55,423 nt of DNA from a virus. Taxonomy: Duplodnaviria > Caudoviricetes. The stretch is taken from IMG/VR virus record IMGVR_UViG_3300048630_000485, positions 1 through 55,423 of that record; one strand, 5' to 3'. The notes beneath the pieces were generated by a model. That model did no database searches. It was not told where the DNA came from and saw only the letters and a list, made by a program, of their open reading frames with translations. Both the position numbers and the translations under genes were made by a program. Positions 55,247-55,423 of the stretch are shown here, piece after piece. Numbering within the stretch: position 1 is the first letter of the stretch; every line of letters begins with the position of its first letter.

Positions 55247-55423
55247 ATGCTTGGCCATGGCCTTAAATACCGCAATCCGTTCCGCCAGCCCGTTCGCAAA
55301 CCGAAGGGCGCGGCTTCTGGCCGCTGGGTTTGGTGCTGGCTTCCGCGCCGCACGAGCAAAGGCTGGAAGGCATGTTGCTGGCTATGGAAGCCAGATTGCC
55401 ACCCCAACGGGGCGATCACCTGA
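55247..55423 (+). CDS. Hypothetical protein, 58 aa
   Basis: AAGGAG RBS; stop at the window end. Confidence 0.55.
   Translation: MLGHGLKYRNPFRQPVRKPKGAASGRWVWCWLPRRTSKGWKACCWLWKPDCHPNGAIT

Larger units (their letters stand above)
1..55423. mobile_element. Tailed dsDNA phage (siphovirus) genome segment with lambda-type head module
   Basis: Terminase, portal, S49 protease, capsid, tail tube and tape measure in canonical order, plus phage replication and recombination genes; no host housekeeping operons or att/integrase seen. Confidence 0.95.

Overview
The whole window looks like most of a GC-rich siphovirus genome; the host is probably an alphaproteobacterium (inference from GapR-like, Cro-like and tail genes). 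No integrase, CI repressor, lysin, rRNA, tRNA or CRISPR array is visible. There are four blocks. (1) 1-29.2 kb, minus strand: one near-continuous run from a Cro-like gene through GapR-like, RuvC-like, DNA methyltransferase, DnaB helicase and an initiator with iterons, straight into a lambda-type terminase/portal/capsid module and a long-tail module (tube, chaperone with a -1 frameshift, tape measure, repeat-rich tail protein). (2) 29.4-37.5 kb, plus strand: early genes including a Bet/RecT recombinase carrying an intein, HU, a LexA-type HTH, a J-domain protein and DUF5131. (3) 37.7-40.1 kb, minus strand: a two-gene deacetylase-like unit next to a lambda-like cosQ/cosN candidate about 17 kb from the terminase genes. 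(4) 40.2-55.4 kb, plus strand: many small unknown ORFs, a multidomain adenine methyltransferase, a beta-clamp fusion and a DNA ligase. The most striking signal is in block 4. Intergenic gaps carry a repeated multi-hairpin element whose stems differ but still pair, with a conserved TTG(G)CCAGC loop and a downstream GATTGA..GAAAGG motif. This block would be the first-injected end of the genome if the cos call is right. All calls are by-eye motif recognition; no database searches were run.
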